Assembly: GCA_050084515.1 (NCBI GenBank)
Contig: CM114271.1
Span: 47,926,001 to 47,990,000 of the forward strand
Direction of reading: 5' to 3'
DNA length: 64,000 bases
Source of the DNA: Blasia pusilla
Lineage: Eukaryota
Shown in pieces: positions 11,621 to 25,106 of this stretch. Position 1 is the stretch's first letter, and the number at the start of each line of letters is the position of its first letter. The position numbers and the translations under genes are program-made. The notes under the pieces were generated by a model that saw nothing but the letters and a program-made list of their open reading frames with translations, had not been told where the DNA came from and ran no database searches.

Positions 11621-14600
11621 TTAACCCCGGTTCCTCGTGTGGAGGACAAGCTTAGATCTAAACTCTGCCGGAATTCGAGTAGGCTTGTACTGTTTGTCAA
11701 GACAAACCACGGTAGCTTTGGCTTCCACTACTACCTGCATATCCAAGCCCGGCCCAGTTTAGCTCCACCATCTGCCTCCAACAGCTGCTATTTAAGGCAA
11801 TCACTTGCAACCATTCATCACTTCACGTAAACCCTTCACTACAAAGGCAATTCCACTTTACCTGTCACACCTACTTACTGGAAGAGGCATACCATATAAG
11901 TCCTATCAACCGGGGGCAGTCAAGGAGTCCAGCAAAACCAGGGTGACAATCGGCAAGGAAGGAGTGAGGGGAGGACACCTGCCAGATTAAATGTTGGCGA
12001 CACATACAATATCCACTAGACGTAGAGCACCAAAACCGATCAACATGGAAATTAAGGACACTTTCAAGCAGGGGAAGAATAAAATGGAGTGTGAGCAAGC
12101 CATCAGCCATGAGGTGATGAGAATGACGGATACTGACCTGCCTGTGAGGAAGCTTGTAAACAAAATGCTCAAAATAAAGGCGAGCGGCAGTTGATCCAAT
12201 CACTCTGGCTGTCACGACATACCTATCACCACTCTGGCTGCACCCACCACCCAGCATTATATTTTAGACAAACAGATGCTTGAGCTCTTCATGCTAAGAC
12301 CACCAGAAGTTATTGCGAATATGGAGACTAGAAGGTGGTCATACCAGAAACTCAAGTGAAGTAAAGATTAGTTCAATAAAGAGTGCTTTGAACGCCATTT
12401 GTAGACTACACCTCAAAGAAGAATTCCGAAACAACTTGTCATGGAGTAATGCAACCATTTGCTAAAACTTTAGGTTTTGGAATCACATCTTAATTAAAGT
12501 GAACCAACTCTGAGAAAAGACAGAGTCCGCACTCTTAGAGGTGCCAAGAACTTCAGGGATAAATCTGAGAGAGCCAGGGCATTTCCTGATCGGGCAACAG
12601 CATCCGGACTAATCCCGATTGCTTCACAAAACTCGTGTCGTGCTGCACAAATATGACCACCAATCACAAACCTTCTCTTCCAGGATCCCTCACAAATGTA
12701 GCAATATTTCACCGCAATAAACCAAGAGCACTAGAGAACACTAGAGATTTCCATCGCAAACTGAATAATGTGCCTATTCAGAGATCCGTGAACAAAAAGG
12801 GGAATATCATGAAGTGGAAATGTAGCAAACTGGACAATGTCCCTGTAAAGAGATCTGTGAACAAAAGGGGGGATATAATGATGTGGAAATCAGCAGAAGT
12901 GTCTGCATATAGTTACCATGCTGGCAATATTGAGCATAGACTGCATTATTGACCACACCATACTGATCCAGCTCATAATCACGAACCTTCTCTTCCACTT
13001 CATAAGCCTCATTGATACTGCAAAACAAAGGGTGTAGTTAGAAATGTCCAAAATCTCTACACTCCTGTCAGTAAGTATTTCACTCCTCAGAGTCCAGGCG
13101 CTCGTGCATGGTTCACCATGGCATATCCTAGGACACTTATGACCATCTTTGGACTAGCTTCATATGGGAAATATCAATCAATCATACAGAGAAAGATAAT
13201 TGACGATCTCCAAATAGAGGTCAGATACACGCCAGACATGAAGTATATGTGACAACTCATGTCACCAGCATCTCAGGTGTTGGAAATGTGCAGGCAAAGT
13301 TCCAGTCAATCTTCTGGGTGATACATCAGGCTGGCTAGTTTGGTCAAACTTTAAGTAAGAGGGATGCTTTTGAGTTGGAGTTCAGTCATGAGGAGCTTTG
13401 GAGGTCAAAACAGTAGACATGGTGACTGCACTTGGACGCATTCAAAGGCTGGCGAGATATTTCTTCAGTTGAGAGGTCCAAAAAGTCACCTAGTGAGCAA
13501 AATCTATACCCAAGAGAAGAGGCAAAGATCTACTGAATTGGAGAGAATTTCTGAACAGTTCTTGAGAAAGCCCATGCTAGATCAACGTCAGTATGGAGAG
13601 TTTTTGGCACGAGCGGTTAGATATCATGTCACAAGTGGAATCCTTCAAAAGCAAGGAAGCAGGAGTTTCAGAAACAGTTGGAAGACTTCAGTGAATAAAA
13701 TAAGGAGATAAAGTTACCAGAGAGGAGAGAGGGTCTTGTGGGTTTCAGTGGGGATTCATTTGTAACCTGCAGGACTGGCTAATTTGTGGAGAATCTCGTG
13801 GCATTGTTGAGCAGATCCCTGGTGGAAACCCCAAGCCCTTAAGTCAGTTCCAGTCTTGACTTGTGTGTGTTTCACATGTGTGCAAGGCTCCTGAACTAAT
13901 CGGGAATCAGTGGCTGGTGGGTCTTGATGGAAACCTGAAGTAGTTGTGTCTGATTTCAGTGTTTGGCGTGCAGGTTTCTATTTCCAAAAACAATTGTGGC
14001 GATCACAGGTAACTTCATGCACCTCCCACCAATCTGTAAGCGTACATGGAACTGGAAATTCCCTAGAATCTGCTGCTAAACCTCTCCTTAACCAACCATC
14101 TGATTGACTCTATCAGCAAGCTTTAGTACAGTGATTGGCTGATTATAGGAACACATAAGTACATGGAGCAACACATACGATGTCTGCTACCAACATGAAA
14201 GAGAAGGTGCGGACAGATTCAGTAGTTTCTCATTCAATCAGATAGACGAGCCGAGCTCCAATGAGGATCCATCACTTTATCCACACACAGACGTAGTTCT
14301 CTCGAATACATTCACTAAAACACCCATGGTGCAGATACCATTTGCTTAGGAAAGTTCAGTTCATGCTCAAAACTATTATATGAAGTCGAACAAAGAGCTC
14401 ACAAGCTCTTCCATCTCCCACAAGATTATGTCAAGTCTCAGCAGCGGTGGATGTAGCATTCTCGACCACTGTTCCTTGGAATAACATGGTCAGATACATT
14501 TGCTGATGGTGCAATTGACATCTCCAATCTTACCATCCGATAACACCAGACAGGATAATTAGTAAGAGGTATGAACCAAGCCTCTTGACTAAACAGTTCA

Positions 14601-15429
14601 AGGCATGGGGATATCAAAATGTGAAGACCTTTCTGAAGCATTGCAATTGACAACCACTCAGAAATTATGGTCAGTCCCCTTAGAGCTCCAGTGACTGCAT
14701 AACAGCATTCCGTCGCACAACCGTGTAGAGTTACTACCGTGGTGGTCTGCATTTATTTCACCGCACATGAAACTCTCTCATTCAAATTTCTCTTTCCATG
14801 AGGCTCTTACGTTCGACTCAGGCACGTTACGGTGACTCCTGCGTGGGCCCAGAATCACGCAATTAAACAGATCTTCCAAGGAGTTCTGCTGACTTTAGGG
14901 GATGCTGTCATTCCCAGGGAAGTAGATGGATGGGTGGATGACCGGCACTCGAGAGATTACGCTGTTGTGACTGACACATGCGTGATAGATAGCCTGGGGA
15001 AATCTGAAGGCTTTCATTTTCCACCGGAAAACTAAAAATAAAGATTCCAAGGAACGCCGATTAGCTCATCAAATGCATCATAGCATCTGATGCCAGTGAA
15101 AACCCATGGGGAGAAGAAATGTACCTGCTCATACCCAATGAGTTTCCAGTCTCGCCGTCTCCAAACACACCGTCGAAGGCTGCGAGAGTAAAAACGTGCT
15201 TAAGACGATCACTACGCCGAGTGCAAGCAACAAGTCCACGGGAGGCGCTGAAAGCAGACGCTGTCAGGGAGCGACGCAGCTCCTGTCCACCCGAGAAATC
15301 TGGACTCCTCCAGCCCGCTCTAACAGACTGATTCGGCACCCCGCTTCGCCTGCATTTTGTCTTGGCAATAATAATTTTCCATCCTCGCGTCATTCCAAGA
15401 GGTGCGGACTCGGATGCCCCTACCGCCAT
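11621..15429 (-). CDS. ALT: Plastid acyl-lipid (acyl-ACP/CoA) hotdog-fold thioesterase, ALT-like; 5 exons
   Basis: Exons 15429-15125 (transit-peptide-like, alternative ATG at 15477), 13017-12917, 12642-12533, 12233-12138 and 11734-11621, all GT-AG and in phase. Motif [28 protein letters not shown] is typical of the ALT/4HBT family. Confidence 0.9.
12757..12893 (+). repeat. Tandem duplication of about 69 bp within an ALT intron
   Basis: caaactgaataatgtgcctattcagagatccgtgaacaaaaagggg... versus caaactggacaatgtccctgtaaagagatctgtgaacaaaaggggg... Confidence 0.8.
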
Positions 15430-17489
15430 GGCTGTGAAGCTCTGGAGCTTGGACCCGCGTGCGACTAGATAGGGCATGACTTGTCGTTTAGGTTTCACAA
15501 CAGGAAGGTCTCCCGTCTATTCGGGAGACACCACCCTCGCACCACCTTCGTCCGGGATACGCTCAGGTTGGAATCTCAGTCACGTATTAGGGCTGGGAAC
15601 ACCTCCTGTAGTTTTGGGCAATCTGTAAACATGACGAATGATCTGCTCGCAGGTTAGATATGCTTTCTAGGAGGATTCTCCCCTCGAAACTCCACCTCCA
15701 GATTTGAAGCGCATACGCGGAACATACACATGCGGTATTTGTCAGTGGTTTGTTTGGAGATCCGTTTATGGCTTGCTCGTCCACGATTCGTTGATGGAGA
15801 AATTGAGATGTTTACTTTGGGTGATTACGTGCACGAAAACATGGCTGATCAGTGTTTACGTAGATGTTGCTGTGGATACATAGCTGATCAATGTTGATGT
15901 GAATATTGATGTGGATACATTGCTTCATTCATGTGCCATCCTCGTAGGGTGTATTTGACTTCGCAGTATACCCAAATGAGATGGTAGAAAGAGCTTTGAG
16001 TCAGGATTGAGAGTCGCCTTGTGGAATAGACTAGGAATTTGGGAATCCATTCCAAACCTGTTAATGCTTCCTGGGCCACGTGAGGCAAAGCTCCGGGCTG
16101 TCAGAATGAACCCTGCTTCCGAACATTACTGTATCACTGCACAGATTACTCTGTCGCTATCGCTCTTTGCACAAGAATCTCGATCATCCATCATCGGCGT
16201 TTCGGACATGGATCTCACGATCGAAGCTATTCGACCTTCCTCCGCTGTCAATTCTATTTCATGCAAACCCTGCGTTCTTTCGTCACGCGTTCTTTCGATT
16301 AGAGAGGCCGGCATCATTTCCACTGTTCGTGCCAATCCGATGTACACGTGAAACTTAATCCCAAGAACGCTTGGTGTCAGAGTACGCTCATACTACTTCC
16401 GGATGCAATGCAAAATTGAGCTCCTCGCGGATGCAAAATAATTCGGCGTAGCATTACACCTGTTACCCTCAACGGAACCAACTTCAAAAATAGTTTTGCG
16501 GAATATTTTTACATGGCCGAAAATTATAAGTGAACCAAGAACCATCCAACTTCACAGGTCTTAGCATTCACAACCGCCAAGCGTGCCTCCAGTAATGAAT
16601 ATGCAACACGTTCAAAACAGGAAGACATTACTGCCACAGGCTGGCTGGCAAAACGATGTGGCATTGGTTTGAAAGAAACGTGTAGTAGACCTTATCTTCC
16701 TCGATAAACCCCGTCCAACATACAAGCCGTACCGCTGTCAAATGCACCGAAGATTCAAGCCGACAACCTGGTGCTGCCCTCAGAAATCCGAGCTATTCCG
16801 ACACCGCTGAGAGAGCGTAATACGCACATGTAAACATCGCTCCCGACGTGATAGGAATTGTGAGAATTGCACGGCAAGACGTCATAGTGATTGCGTTTGG
16901 ACTTCTCAGGATAACCTGTGCTTTAGTAGAGTCGAGAGACGACCTCTTTCCACAACGATTGCTCCTCAATGCGTCTGGTTTCCGCGACTCGGGATTTCTC
17001 GGCCACATGTAGGAGGTCACGAAAAATCGCAACTTGTCCTCGGCCAAACTAGTCAGCTGTCCAGACGGAAAACCATTATAACACCGATGAAAGGAGGCCG
17101 GCAGTGTCAGCCCCTGAAACCACGGAGCCAAGGGTTAGATGATTTTCGGCCGGTCTAGAAATTCACCGCATTCCACCATACTATAGTATCCTGATGAAAG
17201 ATAATTTCACGCGACGGGACGTTCGAACTCACCGAAAGAGTAGGCGTGGCGGGAGCACATCCTGTGTGTCGAAGCTCGTAGTGTAGTTTTATTGCCGGAT
17301 CCCCTTGCACCTCACTTGTAGTTGATAAGACGAGGTTCGACCAGTTACCGGAAAAGAAAAGAAGTCAGGCCTTCAGCCATTACTGTGGAACAATGATGCT
17401 CATGTACGGGGAAGCGATCGAACTCGAGGGAGAACGCAATTCCCTGGGAGATCTCTGAATAAAGAATGACACATTCTTGTTCCCCGCCA

Positions 17490-18794
17490 CTAGTATCCTC
17501 GGCATCTGACTTTTCTCTCAGCCCAATCTCTGAACAATGCAGCCCTGTCGGCTCTACCTGCTATGCCTGCAAGTTTCTCACTTTCGTCAGGCTGAGGTGT
17601 GTAGGAGTTGTCATTGTTGAGATGTACATCAGTGTGATCTCCTGGCTCGCGTTCCCCAGCCAACTGACAGAAGTTATGTAGAACGCAGCACGCAATAACC
17701 ACTTGAGGCGCATACTGCAGCCCAATGTTCAAATTGGTCAAAATTCCCCATCTCTTCTTGAGAATGCCGAATGCGCTCTCGATGCATGTGTGAGCCTTCA
17801 ATAACTCAGCATCAAAGTCGTTCTGTAACGGTGACGATGACGATCCATGAGACGCTTGAAAGGGAGTAATCAGGAAAGGCATTATGGGGTAATCCGTATC
17901 TCCGACCACGAAAGGACATATCTGCCTGCCGCTAATCTGAGCGACTGGCTGCTCTAGCGCTCTTTCCTCCTTCAACTTATGCCAGAGACTACTTGACCGC
18001 AAGTGAATTCCATCATGTAGTCCTCCAGGTGCATTGCAACAAACGTCCCAGAAAACCTTGTCAGCATCACAGACTCCTTGGAGCAGAACGCTGTAAAACT
18101 TTTTATTATTCCAGTAAAACTTGGGAGTATCTTGCAGTCGAGGTTTCCTCCACAGCTTTACGTGGGTACCGTCGATTACACCACACATATTTGGAATGTT
18201 CGTCATATTTTGAAACTTCGCGATTGTGCTCGCGAGCTTCGTCCCCGTAGGAATACTGATGAACTTCGAGTACAGCTTATCTCTTGATGCCAATATCTCC
18301 GTGATCTGCTTAGTATATTCGGTTACAGTGGAAGGACCGACGTTGTACAAATTAGCAATTGTACTGGGAGGAAGACCGAAGGCAAGCCGGTGCAGAACCA
18401 TGGCAACCACCCTATCTATCTCTATCGGGTCCCTAACCGTATTATTAGACCTCTCAATGAAAGGACTCAGTTCCGCAATCAGCGTTTGAAACGCTCTGTA
18501 AGACATCCGATACTGCGCGTGCCAGTGTGAGTCCCTCACCCGTTCGTCCGAGCTCCACGTTCGATTCTGCACCATATCCCAATAAGTGGACTGTCGAGGG
18601 ATTTTCCAAAGTTTCTTGTTGGAATTACTTACAGAACCGTAGTAGGCCGCCACCAGGACAACAAAAATTGCAGCTACTGGAGTCTCCAGCGCCGACATAG
18701 ATGCCATATCTGTATCCAAATGCCCCCCTTGCATATGTGCCCAGAGCAGTAGCATCTCACACAAATCCATCCTTTTCTCCTTGTGCACGGACAT
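17490..18794 (-). CDS. HARBI1/ALP1-like PIF/Harbinger transposase-derived protein (DDE_Tnp_4), 434 aa, intact
   Basis: Uninterrupted ORF with YRMSYRAFQTL, an HTH region (LHRLAFG...IANLYNVGPST), CGVIDGTH, VVGDTDYP, IESAFGILKKRW and ACCVLHNFC. Confidence 0.92.
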   Translation of the reverse strand: MSVHKEKRMDLCEMLLLWAHMQGGHLDTDMASMSALETPVAAIFVVLVAAYYGSVSNSNKKLWKIPRQSTYWDMVQNRTWSSDERVRDSHWHAQYRMSYRAFQTLIAELSPFIERSNNTVRDPIEIDRVVAMVLHRLAFGLPPSTIANLYNVGPSTVTEYTKQITEILASRDKLYSKFISIPTGTKLASTIAKFQNMTNIPNMCGVIDGTHVKLWRKPRLQDTPKFYWNNKKFYSVLLQGVCDADKVFWDVCCNAPGGLHDGIHLRSSSLWHKLKEERALEQPVAQISGRQICPFVVGDTDYPIMPFLITPFQASHGSSSSPLQNDFDAELLKAHTCIESAFGILKKRWGILTNLNIGLQYAPQVVIACCVLHNFCQLAGEREPGDHTDVHLNNDNSYTPQPDESEKLAGIAGRADRAALFRDWAERKVRCRGY

Positions 18795-19620
18795 TCACAC
18801 TTGGGCGTTTCCCCTCCTCCAGATCAAATCCCGCACTTCAACTTCCGCTAAGCCCCAAACATTTAGAAAGCTTCATCCAATCGAAAGAACAGAACCAATC
18901 CGTATTGTTTCCTACTCTTCACAAAAAAAAATCACATGTCACCAATGAATTCCCACTCTCCAACTAAACTTCCAGAAAACACTGTCGCGCTCCCAATAAA
19001 CCACGATAATTTCGCACGTCCAGCCAGCACCGGGTCAACCTACTCACTCCATAAAATGACGCAGCACTATGGAACTCCCATTGCGGAACAACGAGAGGCA
19101 CAGCAGTCGCAAAAGGAATCAAATCAAACCTCTACAGAATCACAAGCACCCCCTCGCCACCATCAGATTCATCCCGGCGCTCTTCCTCGACGAAACATTG
19201 CTGCTCCTTGAGAAAGAGATAAGAAACTCATAAAATCCAGCAAACTCTGCACCAACACGCAACAGGAAAAAAATTTCCACCCTGGCTTCTTTTCCAGATC
19301 GCCGAAGGCAGCCAATTCAAAACTCGCGCGGAAGACCGGCCTGCGCGTGCAATCGTACCAACGGGACTCGTAGGGAACCCTAGAACGCAAAGCTCGTTCG
19401 TCCGTCGCCGTCCCCTACTCACGCACACGCGCGCGCGCACTCATTGTGACGAAGTGAAGGTACCGAGAAAAGACTATTAGATGCGGGTCCCATACATGCT
19501 AGGGGTTCGCTAATTTTTTGTAAGCCCAAAGGGGATTATTTGACATAAGGGTTTTGGGTAACAAATCTATCAAATACAACAAATTTTATTTATATTATAG
19601 AGGGTCATCTCTTTTTCAAA

Positions 19621-19819
19621 TCATTATTATTGGAGAGCGTCTTCTTTTGATTTGTAAACTCCTCTTTGTTTGACATGTGATGGTTGGACAACAAGAAAAT
19701 ATTTTTCATCCTACGTGCGACAAGAAAATGTCTCCCCCTCTACAGGCAACAAAAAATAAATTTTGTGTGGAACTTGAATGATCCCTTCACTCCCGTGCAT
19801 GGCATGGCCTGTCGACTAG
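19621..19819 (+). mobile_element. Non-autonomous mini-Helitron
   Basis: A|TC 5' end, subterminal hairpin-like cccgtgcatggcatgg, and CTAG|T 3' end at 19816-19820. The 5' part is similar to 49849-49935. Confidence 0.6.
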
Positions 19820-19869
19820 TTTCTACTAGCATGGAATCCGTATCATGCTCGGTAGTGAAAGATTAATCA

Positions 19870-20000
19870 TGTTCACACAAATTCAAAATTTCTTTCTTGT
19901 TGTTAGAAGTATGAAAATCATAGTGTGACCATTTCAAACGGGTGGGGAGAAAGTAATTAATACACACACGCGATGGACACGTGGAGAGCCTAGATGATGA
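19870..20000 (-). repeat. Dispersed repeat of about 130 bp, inverted copy of 49966-50092
   Basis: Reverse complement ctaggctctccacgtgtccatcgcgtgtgtgtattaattactttctccc...cacactatgattttcatacttctaa matches ctaggctatccacatgtccgtcacacgtgtgtattagttactttctccc...cacactataattttcatatacttctaa. Confidence 0.8.
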
Positions 20001-23000
20001 GTATCATGGTAGATGAGGCGTTGGGCGAGATACTATCGAGGCCTTAGAGGGGTCTTGTACTTCCCTATTTTGAGAGGTCATATGTGACATGCTCTTAGGA
20101 GATGACCTACGAGTGTAGGTCACCCTTCCCTTTATGAGAAGTGGCAACCTTGGGGAGGTTGCCCTTCCCAACCACGTATGGCTCCACTTTGACTTATAGG
20201 GTCGTGAGTTAGTTGGTAGTTGGTCTCATGAGGGGACCACATGTATAGTTGTTAAGGAGTTAGTACTTTATGTACTATAGGTTAGTAGTGACTTGTGTGT
20301 ACATGTCACCCATGGAGGTACCCAAGGGGGAATATACCTCGGATGAAGCTCATTTGGATCTCATCTCTTTAGGATTGTAGACCCGTGTTGGGATCCGTGA
20401 TACAATGTAGCTTGCATGTATTGAGCTTGGATTCTCTCTTGAAGAGTGGGCTAGGAGCAATCAATAAGGAAGATCACGCATGTTTTGGGAGTCCTTGTGT
20501 ACACTTTCCCTTATATTACAACAGTGTGTATTCGAATCATGGGTATGGCTATTTGGATGAAGCAAGGTTGATTGCAGATTTCTTCAGAGCCTACAGTGTA
20601 TATTCAACTCTATATCCTAAGGAGATGCACATTGGTTCTCAATAGACAAGAACGTGGGACTCAATTTGTCGTGTAGAGCACAATTGTGGTATTGTGGAGT
20701 TTGCATGAATTGCAAGCTAATGTATCTTGACCATGTGGAAGGACATGCGGCAGAAGAATTGCTGAAATTGAAGTCAAATGTTCAGAATTGAGAAAATTGT
20801 GTAATGCGACAGATTTAATAGGATTTGAAGAGGGGGAGGCCGAGGGGGAGGCTTCTCAATCCTGGTGGAGTTGCTCAAGAGTGGAGCAATTAAGGATCAG
20901 ATTTTAGGGACAGAGTTCCTGAGATAATTATGGTGAGGAAATCACTGTCAATCAGGACCTGATTGAGTGTGAGCAAGTCGACAAATGCATGGGCACATCG
21001 TTGATGATTTTGAGTAAGAGTCGCTTGATTCCGGACCGAATTGGATGAATGTTGGGCAAGAGGAAAATCAAGAAAGGAGGGCAAAATCATGTTCAATTGT
21101 GCAGGATTTTATGAGATTTTACTTCGCCATTGGAAAGATCGTGAAAAACTGAGTGTGGTGTAGAGAGAGAGAGAGAGCATATTGATGGACATTGATAGGC
21201 CGTAGATGGAACTTATTTGAGAGTGCTTGACAGCTTCGATAGACACCAATGTCACACCATCAAATCAAATACGACTATGCAATCAGATACGAGTGGCCTG
21301 GCCATACGTAAGATAAGTTCCAACTTCCAACAATACTTTCAGATGTGCATGGGGACCCAAAAACACTTCGACCGCATGAGTACTTCAGAAAACACTACTA
21401 GCCATAAGACACATTGAATGTAAAACATGAATATACTAGCTTAACATAAGACAGTCTGTTTCTGGTCTCCAAACTTCATATACAATCTCGCACTCTCAAC
21501 TTTCAAGCATTTTGTCTTCTAGCCTAACTGTGTGTGTATTCCCTCTATAGGGGCTTATAAATACTAAAGAAAATTCACTCGAGCAATCAAAATGAACATG
21601 AAATCTCACAATAGAGTAGGGAAGTTCGGCTTGGAGCATATTAACCTTCTCAAGGATGGAAAGCCACGAATCACTGTGAACACTGATTTTAGAAGCGGCC
21701 AACAAAAAGCTGCAACGAAATGCGCTAAGACAATGATGATAAAGTTGCATTGCAGAATAAGAGATGAGTTTGTAGGAGCTTCAAAAGGGATTTTCCATAG
21801 TCCTCTTTGACTAAATGATTCGTCAACAACGGGAAATACCAACTTGAGATCAACGACAACCAACACTCAAGCAGTAGCCCTACACGATCGATTGGTTGAT
21901 TCAATCCCAAAGAGACCCGCAAATGACGAAATCGAGTTGCTCCGCAGAAGCGTCGCCAAAGGTGTGACTTCAATGGGTCACGAGATCTTCAAGAAGAGAG
22001 AGATTCAATCTCTTCACAAAGTAGGCCATCAAAAATCAGAGTTTTCAATTTCCAACATAGTTGTGATCAGTAATTGCGCTTTGAGATACGCTTCCAACAT
22101 AGTTCGGTCAGTAAGTGCGCTTTGAGATACCCGAAATGGTAAGTTTCTCTGTATGGCTCCAAATGAGCTGAAATGAAGGGGAAACATGCTCTCTTAGCAT
22201 CTTGTGGCTTTAGCGGGTCATCCTCAACTTCATGAGGTTGTCTTTCAGTATCCTTGAAGATGCTCTACTAGATCTTGCTGATATATCCTAAAAGATGTGA
22301 CAAAGGTTGCATATAGATAAAGTCCGTGTCCGCGCACATGCCCATGTCCATGAACTTATGTCCGTACTATAGAAGGACTTGTCCACGTAGGCCCCATCTC
22401 CATCTCCTTTCTCACCCCCTCACTTGCCTTCGTGATTCGCACTTTCTTGTTTCTTCCTCCTCCCACCTCCACGTCCTGCCCCCTTAGTGTCCAACCCGCC
22501 CTTTCCCTCGCTTTCCCTCGCTTTCATCATATAAGTGTGGGCCCTATATTTTGCAATCCATATGGGTGGACATGTCTAAACTTGTCCGTTCATGTCCATT
22601 TTTATGCAACCATACGAGTATCCATAGGGTGCCTTTGCGGAGGTTGCAGGACAATCGTAAGAGGTCAAAGATGACATTTCGAGGACTAGAATAACCTAAG
22701 AAAGCAAGTTTATGCTCTTTTGGACTCATTTGAAGTCATATGGCAAAACTTACTATTTTGGGTAAGTTCTTAATAAGAGCGTAGTTGACTTTCCATATTG
22801 CAAAGTGCCCCTTGATCACCTATTGTAGGTCAAGAGCCAACCTACGCATTGAGGCCATGAGGAAAGAGCTTGGGGGGAAGGGATAGGATATACCCAAGGA
22901 TAGAGAGCATGGGAGCGCATTCTCTCTTTCTTGAACCTCCTTTCATGGGGCAACGGAGTTATGGTCCTCCTTTACTTATAAGTAATATAAACTTCTCCCT

Positions 23001-23579
23001 AGGAAAGTGGGTTTTGTTTGACGTCAGAGAAATATGGAATTTATGTGAGAGATTTGATTTTGTTTGATTTCGTTGAAGATATGTTGGCATTTGACCATCT
23101 ATGTGTTGGGATGTCATGAGTGAGTATGATATATTGTGTTTATGTCTTTGTGTTTGGTAATAGCGGTGTATGTTATGTAGTGATGTGTATGCGCACCATA
23201 TTATTTGAAAAAAAAAGAGCAAGAAAATAGGAAAGGAAAGTACCAAGAAATGCTCTATCTAAAAAAAAACCCATTAAAATAACATGTAATTCCAAGAGGA
23301 TAGGTGTAGGATAGAGAAGTGCTTACTATTAAAAGAAATGATTCATTTAATAATACTAGTATGTATCATGGGGTGTGCATAGGAGGAGCTATCAATTATA
23401 TGTTATGGAGTTAGTGGGTTTGTTCATGGTTGTCATGGGAGCAATTTCTGAAATATTTTCCTATCTATTGGGCATACGAAGACTATGAATAAATCAAAAA
23501 GGTTTCCTTCCTTCCTACAATGTATTAAAATCATAGGAAAATTTCTTTAGAATGCTATCTTTCCTAATTAGTAATTTGT

Positions 23580-24340
23580 TGCCCTTACAAAGCACTCAAC
23601 CATATGGATGAAAATGAAAATACTTCATAAATGGAGGATATAATGCAGCCATTACATTCGACATATGTTGAAATTATAAAGTTGATTAATAGATAGTAAA
23701 TAAAAATTTCCTTTTAAATATATGAATAATGATGAAACTCCAACTTTTTTTAAAATTCAGAAATTTTCCCTTATTAATTTAGAAATAAATTAGTTATCCT
23801 TATTTTTCAAACCCCCATCTCCCAATTAATAAAATAAAATCACATATTTTGTTTCAAACTATTCTTTAGAAATCTTTTTAATAAAATAAAATATTTTTCA
23901 TCCTTTTGAAGAATAATACCTTTTCAAATTTTCTATTATTATCTTATATTTTTTTCCCAAAATAAAATTTAATTTTCCTTAAAAATTAAATTATAATTAT
24001 AATTTCAAGTTAATTAAATGTAATTTTTTTAATAAATTTTTTTAACATTTAATTTATTTTGAAAACTAAAATTAATATAAGTACTAAAAACTCTTTTCTA
24101 TTCAATTTTTGGGTTAATACAGACAAAATTAAACAAAAATTAAAGGGTTGAAAGGCTTTACACATGGCATTAGGACTTGATCCCGAGCTTATGCGCTTAA
24201 TGGTATGATATAGTACTAGTATATTTGTGTGCTATGCAAGGATGTAAATTATCTTCCATAATAAACTTTCATAATTAATAAATGTCATTTAAAATTAATT
24301 TTGATCCTAATGATTGGGAAGACTAACCACCTTTTTTAAT
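23580..24340. other. Extremely AT-rich tract, probably old transposon or intergenic DNA
   Basis: Long A/T runs and no ORFs. Confidence 0.6.
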
Positions 24341-25106
24341 GAAAGTGTCAAACAGGAGAGGAGTTTGCAATTGAAAGGCATTCTCCAATTATAATATAGA
24401 TTCATTTATTTCTTTCCTATGATGACACAATCATTTGTTGAGATTTACAGTGGTGTGACTCTCTTAGTTTACCACTAGTGCAAAAGGGTGCATGAAAGAC
24501 GCCACTAGAGAAAAAGTGCATGAAAAGCGCGATGTATATTATAGTAAGCTTAATCAATTACGGAGCATGATTTCTTTATTTGCAAACACCTATGAAAACG
24601 TTTTTTTTTTTTTTTCCACCGTACAATAGTTTTCCTCTCGAGTCCATACATGTTATAATGTGATGATCTTTTCTTTCCTTTTTCGAAGTGATACAATTCT
24701 TGAAGAGTTTAAATTTTTAGTGGTTTGACTCTCCAAGTTCACTATAAAGCATACTAGAGCAAACTGTGCGCATTTCACAAATTACATTTTCGGAAATGGC
24801 AAACAAATCAAGTAGACATATAAGTGTGTCTACGCATAAGGATGGATGTCTTATGAGTGACTTGATGAGGATATTCATTCATCGAAACTTCCAGCTGTTT
24901 GTCAAATGCTCACAATTAGCGAGGGGAGAAATGCGCGGAATTGCTAGACCGTAGCGTTTTGTCTCCGTATAGAGTGGTTCGCCGGCACCATTGTGGAGAT
25001 GTCTTTGATTGAATATGTGGATTAGAGAGTTGGTGCTGTCGATACGGGAAGAATGGGATGTGCTGCAGATGAAAAAAAAGGCGGAGGGCGCCATAGAAAG
25101 CCTAGA

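Noticed and set aside
16007-17131. ORFs downstream of the HARBI1-like gene as the Harbinger Myb/SANT partner
   Set aside because: No Trp-spaced Myb/trihelix pattern; short and without supported splice structure.
22050-22130. About 41-bp tandem duplication
   Set aside because: Two copies only; an ordinary local duplication in decayed DNA.
24472-24530. CACTAGTGCAAAA / CACTAGAGAAAAA as CACTA termini
   Set aside because: Only a 30-bp tandem duplication; no matching opposite TIR or TSD found.
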